Below, piece after piece: positions 37,906 through 49,536 of a stretch of DNA of 64,000 nucleotides; within the stretch, counting starts at the first letter, position 1; every line of letters starts with the position of its first letter. The translations under genes were made by a program, and so were the position numbers. The notes under the pieces are model-generated. The model was not told where the DNA came from. It saw nothing but the letters and a program-made list of their open reading frames with translations, and ran no database searches. Source of the stretch: Mobula hypostoma (Eukaryota); contig NC_086097.1 in the NCBI RefSeq assembly GCF_963921235.1, forward strand, positions 201,254,001 through 201,318,000, written 5' to 3'.

Positions 37906-39336
37906 CCTAAAATGAATTTTTTGAATTCCTGCATTTTATGGTAATACAGCAAATTGAATCATAAACATGCTAAGTATAATTTTTAACTTAATTAAGTAAC
38001 ACATGGCTTGAATTATCCAATTCTGCTTATCTGAATGAATATAAGAGTGGGTCAATTCCCATTCAGATTGTTCATCTCCTTTAAACTTCACCTTAGCCAC
38101 TTTGTGGCAAAGCTTGCCCAAAATCAGCAACCTGATGAAATAAGGAACTACTCTGTATTCCTGTGAGCTCATGTACAAACATGATCTCATGCAATCTAAT
38201 TGCTACTATATTGCAAAACAGTTGCTAACTGTCAATGAGAGATAGATGATAATTATGGTTAAAAGAGGTAATTTTTGCTAAGCGTGAATAAACACGCAAA
38301 ATGATGGTAAAAAACAGTTTTATTTATATGATTTCCATCAAAGAATAACAAAACAAGACAAAAAAACTATAGCTATTACAAAATGCTAAGTTCCACCAGT
38401 TAGTTGACAATATGCACGTACGCACCATGGCAGAATGAAGAGGGTTTGTTTACCTCTAAATGATTACAGTATGAAGCTAGAGCACATCACCTCATAAGGA
38501 AACATGTTTGACAATGCATATTAGATGCCTCACTGTGGGCAAGTTACAAAGATAGAACAGAAGATACTTACACAGAATGATATTATGGAAAACTGAAGAT
38601 AGTAAAGAGACACAGAGAAATAATTAATTTATCATCCTCAACCAGACTTGTTGCCTTGTGGCCCTTATCCACCCATTCTTATCTTTTATAGATGAGAGAG
38701 CTAAACAAGCTGATCCCTCATACCTGACAAGCATCCATAAACTTCTGCGGACTCATAGTGTTAGGCAGTGCATTCTGAAGCTGAACGTCCAGAGTGTACT
38801 GATACGGTTATAACATTTGGAAACTATTACTGCATGTGTGTTTGAAGAGTCATTATGTGCAAGACTGTGAGTGCAAAACCAGATGGAACAAGAGATTAGC
38901 TGTTTTTTTTTAATAAGGATGGACTTAATGGGCTATATGATCTCCTGTATTATATATTTTCCATAATTTTATATTCAATAGATTAAAAATTTAACCATAA
39001 AAATTCTTCAGAAAGTTCAAATTTAATCAGATAGAGTAAGACTGCCAAATGATTAAAATGAAGTAAAATAACAAACACTTAGCTGCATTCAACTTTTTCA
39101 CCAGTCAATCTTGACATAAAGCTGGAGACTAAATGGGCTTAATGGTTAGTACAGGCATGGAACTAATAACAGATGTGCTGGCATCAGATTGCCAAGTCCA
39201 CTCATATTTTAGCATTTGACCGCAAAAGTACAGGTTCAAGGTATCCAGAGACCCAAGTATCTGATAGCCCACGGATGACATAGCACACAGACATGGGCTT
39301 CCAGATCCAGTGACCTATATTCAGCTTCCAGCACCA

Positions 39337-39637
39337 TGGGAACGCAATAGTTAGTGCAACACAATTATGGCTCGGGGCATTTCAGAGTTTGGAGTTCAAT
39401 TCCAGCACAGATCTGTAAGGACTCTTTGTCCTGTGGAACGCATGCGTTCCACTTGGGTTCCCAAGTGCTCTGGTTTCCTCTCACAGTCCAAAGATGTACT
39501 GGGTAAGTTAATGGGCCATTGTAAATTGTCCTGTGATTAGGTTAAGGTTAATCGGGGTTGTGGGGTTACTGGGCCGGCGTGCCTCGAAGGGCTGGAAAGA
39601 CCTACTCTGTGTTGTAATGTTAAATAAACAAATAAAC
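39337..39637 (+). mobile_element. V-SINE (HE1-like tRNA-derived SINE)
   Basis: Box B-like gagttcaattcc; V-domain-like gtgctctggtttcctctcacagtccaaagatgt...gttaatgggccattgtaaattgtcc; CR1-like tail gaagggctggaaagacct and (AAAT)-like end. Confidence 0.75.
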
Positions 39638-39797
39638 TCTGATCTCCAGTGCTGTCCATGTGCAGCTTACATATTCTTTAATATGACGACATGGATTCAA
39701 GTGTTTCCAACATCAATATTCTTCTTTTACATAAAAACACCATACTCAGTGCAAATGGAATGACTGGCAATTGACTTAACTCATCGTCTGTACTTAC

Positions 39798-39957
39798 TGT
39801 TACTTTTTTCTGTTCCTCTCTTCTTTCCTGAAGCAACTTCTGATACTCTTCCTCCATAAGTGCCCACCTTCTTTTAGCTATTGCAAGCTCAGACTTAAGA
39901 TTGGTGATGAGGTTTGTAGCGCTGTTGTGCTTGAACTCTGTCAGATCTAGAGTTGGC
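39798..39957 (-). CDS. CCDC178: Internal coding exon of coiled-coil protein (160 nt, phase 2 to 0)
   Basis: Acceptor tttctttaag, donor gtaagt; encodes (K)PTLDLTEFKHNSATNLITNLKSELAIAKRRWALMEEEYQKLLQERREEQKKVT in phase with the exon at 44231-44376; K/FK/A/E/R/LL/R spacing matches human CCDC178 as recalled from memory. Confidence 0.72.
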
Positions 39958-41750
39958 CTTAAAGAAATTAGATAAGACTGAAAAGTTGATTTTCAATAAT
40001 GATTTATGAAATCAAAGACTTTTCAGGTAGTTATTGCAGATTTTAGTCATATAGCCTAAATGCCTTTACAGACTCCTGATAGTATTCTGCATATACCTTA
40101 CACATTATAGACATAGTATAGACAAAAGAGACATACAGTTAAATTAAAAATATAAAAAATTGCAACATTAGCAGAATAAAAATGATATTTGGTAATAGTG
40201 TGAACCATTGAAAATCAGAAAATAAATCTGATAGGTAGTGAAACGAGTTTGCCAGTTCACTGTTTGCTTTGGCACCATCAGAGAAAGCCTATTGATCCCC
40301 AAAAGCTTTAGTTGACAAAATTCCAAAATAACCAAAATAAAACAAAAGAATGTTGTGCTTCCTGTAAATTAATATTCCATAATTATTGGGAAAATATAGA
40401 GTAAGGTCACCTAGCAAACTGGATCAATTATGTCTTTTATCTTGCAAATTAATGCTTGGTGCTAAATCTAAGTGCTTAAAATTAACATTCCTCTCCTTTA
40501 TGAGCAAAAACAAAATTAATCACATTTTGTTTAAAAGCGTAAAGGTTTCCCCAATATCAGATCTTGTTATGATATATATTATAGCAATTGCAACCTTAGA
40601 AATACACTTTCATTATGATGTACTTAAACAAGATTTGATTAAATGGTTTTGTCATTGTCTTTTGAACTGTGTACATTACACAATGGATCTTGTTTGAAGA
40701 TGAAATGCATAAAGTTAATTGTGTCATAATATTCCTCCTAATACTTAAAAGAACTCTACTTCACAAGAAAAAGTGTTCAGTATTTATTTTCCATTTCCCA
40801 GTGAGAACAGTGCATAACCATCATTCTGATGGTGATGACAGATTAATAAAAGTTATTATAACGTGAACTGGTGTGTGTATGACAGCAGTCAACGCAAACG
40901 GACATAGCTCTAAACAGGTGACACACATTATGGAGGAGTTGCATTCCTAGAAAACAATCAATATTGTGATTTTCTGTAACACAAATCCACTTTTCCCATT
41001 GAATCCCATAAGTCAAATGATGTCCTTCCTATAGGATATTTTCTCTCACATTAAGCCATCTTAATGATGCCAGGTTAACCCACCACCATTGTTCAATAGC
41101 TGAAGTCAAATGTAGACTCATGGAATGGACAGGGCTAATGCAAAAGGAACAAATATTTATTTTTAGTTATTCAATACTATAGGGCAATAAGAACTGGATG
41201 TGATGTCATTGCATTGTTTGGGTGGCAGTCACAGCCATTACGCTCCTCTGCCCAGCCCTCTCCAATCCAAGTACTTGAAAACAGATGTCTCAGAGTGCAG
41301 CACCACTGTATTCTTCATCTTGAGGCATTTTCTCTGAAATGCAAGGCTCGTAGATTAGGAAAGAACTTAAGAAGTGGGGATATCAGCAAAAGGAATGGAA
41401 TCTGTGAGATGGAAGAAGTTCAAGGGGTTAAAATGCAGTGACAGAGTGGAAGTGGAATGAAGACCAAGTGATTACTTTAAGGAGCTGGCCATGGCCAATG
41501 CAGCTCACTACAATGCAGTGTGTCAGAGAAAAAGTCTCGGAAATAAAGAGCACTAAACTTGAGACTTCTGTTCATGTGTCTTCAGACAGAAGAGGGCATA
41601 ACAAAGAAGGGACTGAGCTGTGAATGCTGACCCAATCAACAGCATGGTGTTAATCTAAATCTTATTTCCCCACAGTATTGAGTACCTATAAATAAAATCT
41701 GACAAATCTGTTGTGCTTTTGTATTTTGTGACCAAATATATTCCATAACT

Positions 41751-41806
41751 CAAATTTCTATAATTCCATAAGGGCAAATTTCTATAATTCCATAAGGGCA
41801 AATTTC
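41751..41806. repeat. 24-nt tandem duplication (2.3 copies)
   Basis: caaatttctataattccataaggg x2 plus caaatttc. Confidence 0.9.
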
Positions 41807-42191
41807 CATCATGGAAAAAGGCTATTTCTCAGTAACTCTAATTTTCAGTTTATCAAATTTAGACTGCTGTACTTCCTTAACTGCAAAAAAATGTTACAGC
41901 TTCAAGCCAGCATTCTATTGAGTATGGCTTTCTCCAGTATGAGACACAAAATCTTTGGTACACTAAACAATGTTCACCGACAATGAGAGAGAGAACAGTT
42001 GGCCAAATTATACAATCTTTCATGTGAAACCAATCAACATTACTCACACCATATTCATTTCAGGGACTTTCCAATAAATACAGAATTTTCAATTTGTATT
42101 TAATTTTTTGTTTGTTCATCTTTCCAAGAACTGTCAAACCTTGTCAAAAAACTTTGTATTCTCTCTGGTTACAGGTGAAGTCCCAGAGGAC

Positions 42192-43145
42192 TGTCAATGA
42201 TTTGGATGATGGAATTGCTGCCTTTGTTGCAAAGTTTGCAGACGATATGAAAATAAGTGGAGGAGAAGGTAGTTTTGAGGAAGAAGAGAGGACTTAGTCA
42301 GATTAGGAGAATGGGCAAAGAAATGGCAGATGGAATAAAGTGTTGTGAAGTGTATGGTCATGCACTTTGGTAGAAGAAATGAAAGGGTTGACTATTTCCT
42401 AAATGGAGAGAAAATATAAAAAACTGAGACGCAAAGGGACTTGGGAGCCAATGTTCAGGATTCCCTAAAGGTTAATTAGCAGGTTAAGCCTGTCATGAGA
42501 AAGGCAAATGCCATGTTAGCATTCATTTCAAGAGGCCAAGAATAGAAAAGCAAGGATGTAATGTTGAGACTTTATGAAGCACTGATGAGGCCTCACTTGG
42601 AGAATTGTGAACAGTTTTGGGCTCCTTATCTTAGAAAGGATGTGCTGAAACTGGAGAGAGTTCAAAGGAGGTTCACAAAAATGATTTCAGGATTGAATGG
42701 CTTGTGATATGAAGAGCCTTGGGCCTGTACTCATAGAATTCAGAACTATGAGGGGTGACATCATTGAAACTTATTGAATGGTGAAAGGCCTTGATAGTGT
42801 GGATTTGGAGAGGATATTTCCTATTGTAGGACAGTCTAAGAGCAGAGGACACAGCTTCAGAATAGAGATGCATCCTTTTAGAATGGAGTTGAGGAGGAAT
42901 TTCTTTAGCCAGAGATGGATGAATCTGTGGAATTCTTAGCCACGTACAGCTGTGGAGACCAAATCTTTATGTACTGTTAAGGCAGAGGTTGATAGATTCT
43001 TGATTGGTTAGGGCATGAAGGGATATTGGGAGAAGGAAGAAGATTGGGGCTGAGAGAAAAATTGAATCAGCCATGATAAACTGGTGGAGCAGACTCGACA
43101 GGCCAAATGGCTTAAGTCTGCTCCTATACCTTATGATTTTATAGG
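42192..43145 (+). mobile_element. CR1 3' fragment (RT to tail)
   Basis: VNDLDDG..FVAKFADD at 42192-42250; decayed ORF2 end and CR1 3' UTR. Confidence 0.85.
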
Positions 43146-43159
43146 ACTGGAAAGAAACC

Positions 43160-43570
43160 AATGTTGTCCTTTTACTTATGGAATGCAAAAGGGATAATCC
43201 AGTAAGGTACTTCACATCAGTGAGGAAAGCTATTGGAGAGGATCCTTAGGCATAATATTTACTCACATTTGGAACAGAATGAGTTTGCTTGGAGTAATTA
43301 GTTTTGGTTTGTAATCAGATTATACCTCATAAACTTGACTGAGGTTTTTGAGGAGTTAAAGAAGATAAGGACAGGGCAGTGAGCATGGACTTTGATGAGC
43401 ATTTGGCAACATCACTCATGGTAGGTTGATCCAGAAGATTAAAATGCATGGGATCCAAAAGGATTCCAAATTAGCTTGACCAGTGGGTATCAGTAGAAAG
43501 TTGTTATTTTACCAGGAGGTTTATAATTGCTGGTGTTCCACAGGGATTAATGTTGGGACCTCAATATTGA
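43160..43570 (+). mobile_element. Older CR1 RT fragment
   Basis: Remnants of NL.EVFEE and GVPQG..LGP (ggtgttccacagggattaatgttgggacc). Confidence 0.55.
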
Positions 43571-43599
43571 TCCCTGTGGATTCTGGATGGTTGTAAATG

Positions 43600-43880
43600 C
43601 TTAGGCCATTGAGATTCATTTGAATAGTACAGAATATTGAGGACAGAAAGGTCAGATTAAGAATGCAAAAGTGAATTTAAATGACTGTCGGCGAGATATA
43701 TGGGTCACACTTGTGGACTGAATTGAGGATTCTTCAAAGCAGTCATTCTATCTGCTTTTGATTCCTGCAGTGTAGTGGCGAACAAAACAAGAGCAGTGAA
43801 TAAAATGTATTAAACTAAAATAACTGTAAGAAAATCTGAAAAGCGAAGAGGTAAAAAGGCAGGTACTGCACCTCTTGAAA
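43600..43880 (-). mobile_element. Very decayed Penelope GIY-YIG remnant
   Basis: Weak similarity to 33280-33480 (gtcattctatctgcttttgattcctgcagtgtagtgg). Confidence 0.35.
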
Positions 43881-44230
43881 GTGACTTTGAAAGCAGAAAA
43901 TGTATTGATGTTAACAGTGACCTATAGTGTTCTGGTGACAGACATTTTCTAGGTATTTTGCTCTATACAAAAGGTTGTAGTTACAAGAATTTTAAAACCT
44001 ACATTCTTTTATGAATGGTATCAAGCATTTTTGAGTGAATATTCATAGGAGATGTCAATACTAAAAGAGCTCACAAATTAGTTAACATTGTTATCATTTA
44101 AAACAGTTCTTTTGCGACTACTTCATTGATAACATAAGAATTTATGTTTGGACAGAGACATAATGAAACACATAAAATAGTATAACAATGATATAAGAAT
44201 TAATGTAATAAGATAATTTTCCAAACTTAC

Positions 44231-44376
44231 TTCATATCTTCAATGTTTTTTTTGTATTTTTCAATATCTTTTAATAATGTAGTTCTTAAGGTTTGCTTCA
44301 GAGGAATATTTTTCTGTAGTGTCTCAGTTTGCCTGAGGCTGGAGTTAAGCAGATTGAAGCTGTCTAGAAACTCTTT
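44231..44376 (-). CDS. CCDC178: Internal coding exon of coiled-coil protein (146 nt, phase 0 to 2)
   Basis: Acceptor tttattgcag, donor gtaagt; KEFLDSFNLLNSSLRQTETLQKNIPLKQTLRTTLLKDIEKYKKNIEDM(K); phases fit both neighbouring exons. Confidence 0.72.
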
Positions 44377-44819
44377 CTGCAATAAAGTAACAAAATTATC
44401 AGCAATAATATAACTGTATGATAAGATACACTGCACCCTTCTTTGATGGATCAAGGATTTTAAATTCCAGTATTTGAAATGTTGAAGTACATGATATAGC
44501 TCCATCCAGCTTCTGTAAATCTGACACTTGGTCACTCCTGTATTTGTCTGATGATTGGCCGTAATGCCTTAAGGTCACAATACCATAAACACTGAAATTC
44601 TCTTCTAAACTCTCTGCCCAGTACCTCCACTTCCTTCTTAAACAAACTTCTTCTCTTTGATCCAGTTTTTGATCACTTAACCAAATAATCACAATGTAAA
44701 ATTTGGGATGAAAATTGTTTCATAGCTGTCCTGCAAAAGATGCTCTAAAAATAGAAATTGGTGCTGTTTTTCTCACACCCAAAAAAAAAAATCAGAATTT
44801 AGTCCTACGTTACATGAGG

Positions 44820-45465
44820 AACAGTGGAGTCGGCAGTGGAAAGAGTGACCAGCTATAAGTTTTTGTGTGATGACATCTCTGAGAATCTGTCCTGGACCCA
44901 ACACATCGATGCAATCACAACGAAGGCACACTAGTAGATTGACTGTGTCAGGAATTTGAGGAGATTTGGTATGTCACTAAAGACTGGCAGCTTTCTATAG
45001 ATGTATGGTGGAGAGCATTTTGACTGGTTGCATCACAGCACAATATACAAGCTCCAATGTACAGGATTGTAAGAGGTTTCCGAGGGTTGTAGATTTATCT
45101 TGCTCCAACATGGGTACAACCTGCCCCACCATTGAGGATATCCTCAAGGGGTGCTGCCTCAAGAAAGGGGCACCTAGCTTAAAGACCCTCACCATCTGTG
45201 ACATGCCCTCTTGTTACTATCATTGGGGAGGAGGTACAGAAGCCTGAAGATCTACACTCAACAATTCAGAAACAGCTTTTGCTTTTCCACCATCAAATTT
45301 CTGAATGGTACATTAACCTAAGAATGCTATCTCAGTATTATTTTTGTGCACTCACTATTTTACGTATTTCATAACTTATAGTAACTGTACATATTTGAAC
45401 AATACTGCTGCTGCCAAACAACAAATTTTACATTTTATAAGTCAGTGATAATTTACCTGATTCTT
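44820..45465 (+). mobile_element. Rex1/Babar 3' fragment
   Basis: ORF 45005-45247 (VESILTGCITA); tail cagtgataatttacctgattct. Confidence 0.75.
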
Positions 45466-45639
45466 TAAAATCTTTGAATTTGCCGAATACATTTTTAAAG
45501 GAGAGGTGATGGTTTCTGGGGAGGAGGATATAGTTGGGAAAGTGTGACAACTTGCGTTGAAGAAATGCATTTTGAGGATTCTTCTATGTTCGATATTTAA
45601 TCCATTTAAGCATATTTTCTGTCCCCATCAAATCTTAGT

Positions 45640-46192
45640 AAGGACAGATAAGTTATTGTATAGCTACATTGTGGAGGTCATATTTTGGTTGATACAGTAT
45701 TGAAACAATATGATTGCTCTGAAGAGACAGCAAAACAAGTTACCCTGAGTTGTTGCCTAGGGTGGAGCTTTGCAATTTGGAGGAGACTGGATAGGCTGGT
45801 TTGTTTTCTTTAGAACAAAGAAGGCTGAGAGGGTACCTGATAGATGTACACAGAATTATGAGGAGCATGAGTAAGAATCATTCAAATAAACCTTTGGCAA
45901 TCATTCAAATAAACCTTTTCCCGTATCAGAGGACATAGTTTTAACAGAAGGAGTAGGAGGCTTATAGAGGATAGAAGGATTTTTTTTTTAACCAGATTGT
46001 GTTTGGAATGCAGTGTCTGAGAGTCACAATACTTAAGAAGTATCTAGAAGAGCATATATATCACAAAGGCAAAGGAAGATACAGACCCAAGTGCTGGAAT
46101 ATGGGATTGGTATAAATGAGTACTTTATAGTCAACACAAGCAGAGTGGCCCAAAGTACATGTTTCTGTGCCGTATGATTCTATGGTTCTTTG
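45640..46192 (+). mobile_element. Decayed CR1 3' fragment
   Basis: ERLDRL..FSLEQRRLRG.LI remnant at 45780-45845; tail tatgattctatggttct. Confidence 0.6.
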
Positions 46193-46899
46193 ACAATTCA
46201 CTTGCATTCAGCATCATGATCTGTAAATTCTATTTCCTCCACACTCCAATTGTGATCTTCCATCTGACTTTTGAACAAAAAATACATTCACCACCGACAG
46301 CTCTCAACTACCATCTGCCCTCTGTCTCTTTCAGCAATATTTATGTCACTGATCATGAGACTTCCTTGATTTCAAAATATTTTTATCAATAATTAAAAGA
46401 AAAATGAAACTGAAAACACTAGAAACCTAAAATCAGCATCAATAAAGAGAATATCTTGATTAGAAGCTCTACGTGAATTGAAAAATAGAATTAAGTACAA
46501 ACTAAAAAGAATCCAATCACATACAGGAAGTTAATGAGATGGATGACCTACAAATTACCGAACAGAAAACTCCTGGATTATATGAAGGATTGTCCTTGGA
46601 AAGGCATTGGCGGGGGGGGGGGGGTGCAAAGTATTTTTCAAATAGATGATGACAATGGATTATTGAGTAGAAATTCAATTGAAGTATGTTGTTTAATTCA
46701 ACATTATGCAAATCAAAAACAAAATTTTCTAGAGTGATATGTGCTGGCAATCATTCAAATGTCATTTTGTATCATTAAAAAATTCCACGGGCCACCATTT
46801 GGTGTAAGGGAGGTTGCATTTCTGATGTCAGCTCCGCAACAGTCAAGAACAGGATAATGCCATTTCTCATGCAACACTCCTTTTGCCAGAAAACGTAGA

Positions 46900-47245
46900 C
46901 CGTAGGTTGAAAGATTAAATCTAGACTAACAACTGAGAACATACTATGCTGTCATAAATTTTGGCATTCAGAAGAGACTTTAAAAGAAGGCCCATTTTAA
47001 CTTAGGTGGAAGGCCCTTTGGCACAGTTTGAAGAGCATAAGAGTTCTTCAGGTGACTACGGGTAACAGTTATTATTCAATTAACACTTCAGACAACAAAT
47101 TAACTGGATATTAATCTTGCTGTTTATCGTGGAAATAATCTAGTGCAAAGAATTGCTTATTTTTTTGTGAACTTAGCTGCAGTGATTATTTTATAAAAGT
47201 TATTTTTCAGTTGTGATGCATATTGAGACAGATAAAAAAAAATCT
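46900..47245 (+). mobile_element. Ancient Deu-domain SINE remnant (SacSINE1/AmnSINE-like)
   Basis: ccctttggcacagtttgaagagcataagagttcttcaggtg...aactggatattaatcttgctgttt...cagtgattattttataaaagt resembles the Deu core and tail as recalled; heavily diverged. Confidence 0.45.
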
Positions 47246-47829
47246 ATATAAATTTTGGTACATCTAAACCTTTGCTCATAAATACTTGACAAACCATTCT
47301 AATCTTCCACATCTTCACCAGAGCAATTACCTGAGCAAACAAAGCCTACAAATATACATGTTGAATATGTTGAAGAATCTTTTATAATCTAACCTTCAGG
47401 GGTAGGACCGTATCTCATTTAATTAGCATTGCATCATAACTCCAATGGTCATTTATCTATTATGTATTGATCATTCAATTTATCTTGCTCAATGAAATTA
47501 ATATGGTACCTTGAACTACATGCAAAACAAAATGGGTTCAACATTAAGGCATGTTAAGAAACATATAATTGACCTGCTGCTTACTAATAATATCAACATA
47601 GATTTTTAAAATTATGTTATATACAAATCAATTATTTTTCAGCATTATTTTTGCATTTATCTTAGAAGGTGAAACTGATAACCTAAAGCAGCCTTTCCAT
47701 ACAGAAGAAATTAATGTTTGCAGGATTCAGCAAGCCTATTTCTTACAAGCAAACATTATTCATATAATGATGCCATCTGCTGAGCACTTGGCAAGTGGCA
47801 TTCATATTAAGTCCAGCATACAACCTTAC

Positions 47830-47943
47830 CTGATCATTAATCAACTTATTTTGCAAATCTTTTTTTTCATTCTCCACATTTTCAGACATTATTTGTTGGC
47901 TTTCTTTAAGTTCATCTAGCTTCTTGTTTAACATTAAAAATAT
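47830..47943 (-). CDS. CCDC178: Internal coding exon of coiled-coil protein (114 nt, phase 0 to 0)
   Basis: Acceptor ttacttgcag, donor CAG|gtaagg; IFLMLNKKLDELKESQQIMSENVENEKKDLQNKLINDQ. Confidence 0.7.
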
Positions 47944-48244
47944 CTGCAAGTAATTGCAAAAAAGCAAACGATTATTTAACTATTATTTTGCATGTTATTT
48001 CGTACATATAGCTTATTTCACAAGTCATGAAAATGTCATTTCAAAATATGATGCCTTCTAGTCAGAATTGCCTACTGTAATTTTTAGAAAATATAGTTTT
48101 GCTTCACAAAAACAGAGCAGACTTGATGGGCTGAATGGCCAAATTCTACTCCCATGTCTTATGGTCTTTAAGCTTTATTTTATCTAAAATTAAAGAGTAC
48201 AAAATAAAGCAGTGTTTAAAACAAGATGGAAAGAAATTTTTATG

Positions 48245-49536
48245 CAAAGTTCAAAGTAAATGTATTAAACAAATTACGATATGTGAGCCTGAGATTAGAT
48301 TTCTTGTGAGCATACACAGTAAATCCAAAAAACCACAATAGAATCAATGAAAGACTGCATTTAATAGGACAAACAAACAACCAATGAGCAAAAGACAGCA
48401 GACAGTGCAAATACAAAAGAATACATAAATAAACAAACAAATGATAAATAGATATCGAGAACATGTGATGAAGAATTCTCAAAAGTAAGTCTATAGATTG
48501 TAGGAACAGTTCAGAGATGAGGCAAGTGAAGTTGAATAAAGTTACCTCCTCTGGTTCAAGAGCCTGATTGTTGAGGAGTAATAGTTGATCCTGAACCTTG
48601 TGGTGAGAGTCCTGAGGCTTTGGTACATTTTTCCTGATGGTAGCAGTGAGAACAGAGCATGATGGATGTTGCATTCCTACGACAGTGCTCCGTGTAGCTG
48701 TGCTCAATGGTGGGGAGCATTTACCCATGATTGACCGAGTTATGTTTATAACATTTTGTAGAATTTTCTGTTGAAGGGCATTGGTGTTTCCATACCAGGA
48801 TGTTATTCAACCAGTCAATATGCTCTCCACCACACATTTACGGAAGTATGTTAAGGTTTTAGATGCCATTCTGAATCTTCACAAACTCTAAAGGAAGTAG
48901 AGGCGTTACCATGCTTTCTTCGTAACGGCATTAATGTGCTGGGCCCAGGACAGTTCCACTGAAATGATAACACTGAGGAATTTAAAGTTGTCTACTCTCT
49001 CCACCTCTGATACCCCAATGAGGACTGGCTCATGGATCAATGAGGATCTCATGGATCCTCCTGAAGAAAATAATCAACTCTTTGATCTTGCTGACATTGA
49101 GTGAAAAGCTGTTGTTCTGGCATTACTCAACCAGATTTTCAATCTCACTCTGATTTGTCAGTACCTTTGATTCAGCCAATGATAATGGTGTTATCAGCAA
49201 ATGTAAATATGGCATTAGAGCTGTGCTTAGCCTCACAGTTATAAGAATAAAGCGAGTAGAGCAGGAGTCCAAGCATATAGAATTGTGGTGCACCTGTACT
49301 GATGGAAATTGTGGAGGAGATGTTGTTTCCAATATGAACTAACTGAGGTCTGCAAGTGAGGTAATCAAGGACCAAGTTGCACAAGGAGGTATTGAGTCCA
49401 AAGTCTTAAAGCTTATTGATTAGTTCTAAGGGGATGATAGAACACAATGGTGAATTGTAGTTGATAAAGAACATTCTGCATGCATCTTTGCTTTCTAGAC
49501 ATTCCACGGTTGAGAGCAGAGCCAATGAAATGGTAT
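48245..49536 (-). mobile_element. Rex1/Babar LINE fragment
   Basis: ORF 49172-49384 (STGAPQ...LLYSLY..C...FADN); 3' UTR and (TTTGAAC) tail near 48245. Confidence 0.8.

Noticed and set aside
44399..44692. 97-aa minus-strand ORF just upstream of the 44231-44376 exon as an additional exon
   Set aside because: No good in-phase donor, the implied intron would be only about 55 nt, it is not coiled-coil, it looks like decayed LINE-derived sequence, and 47830 already splices in phase to 44376
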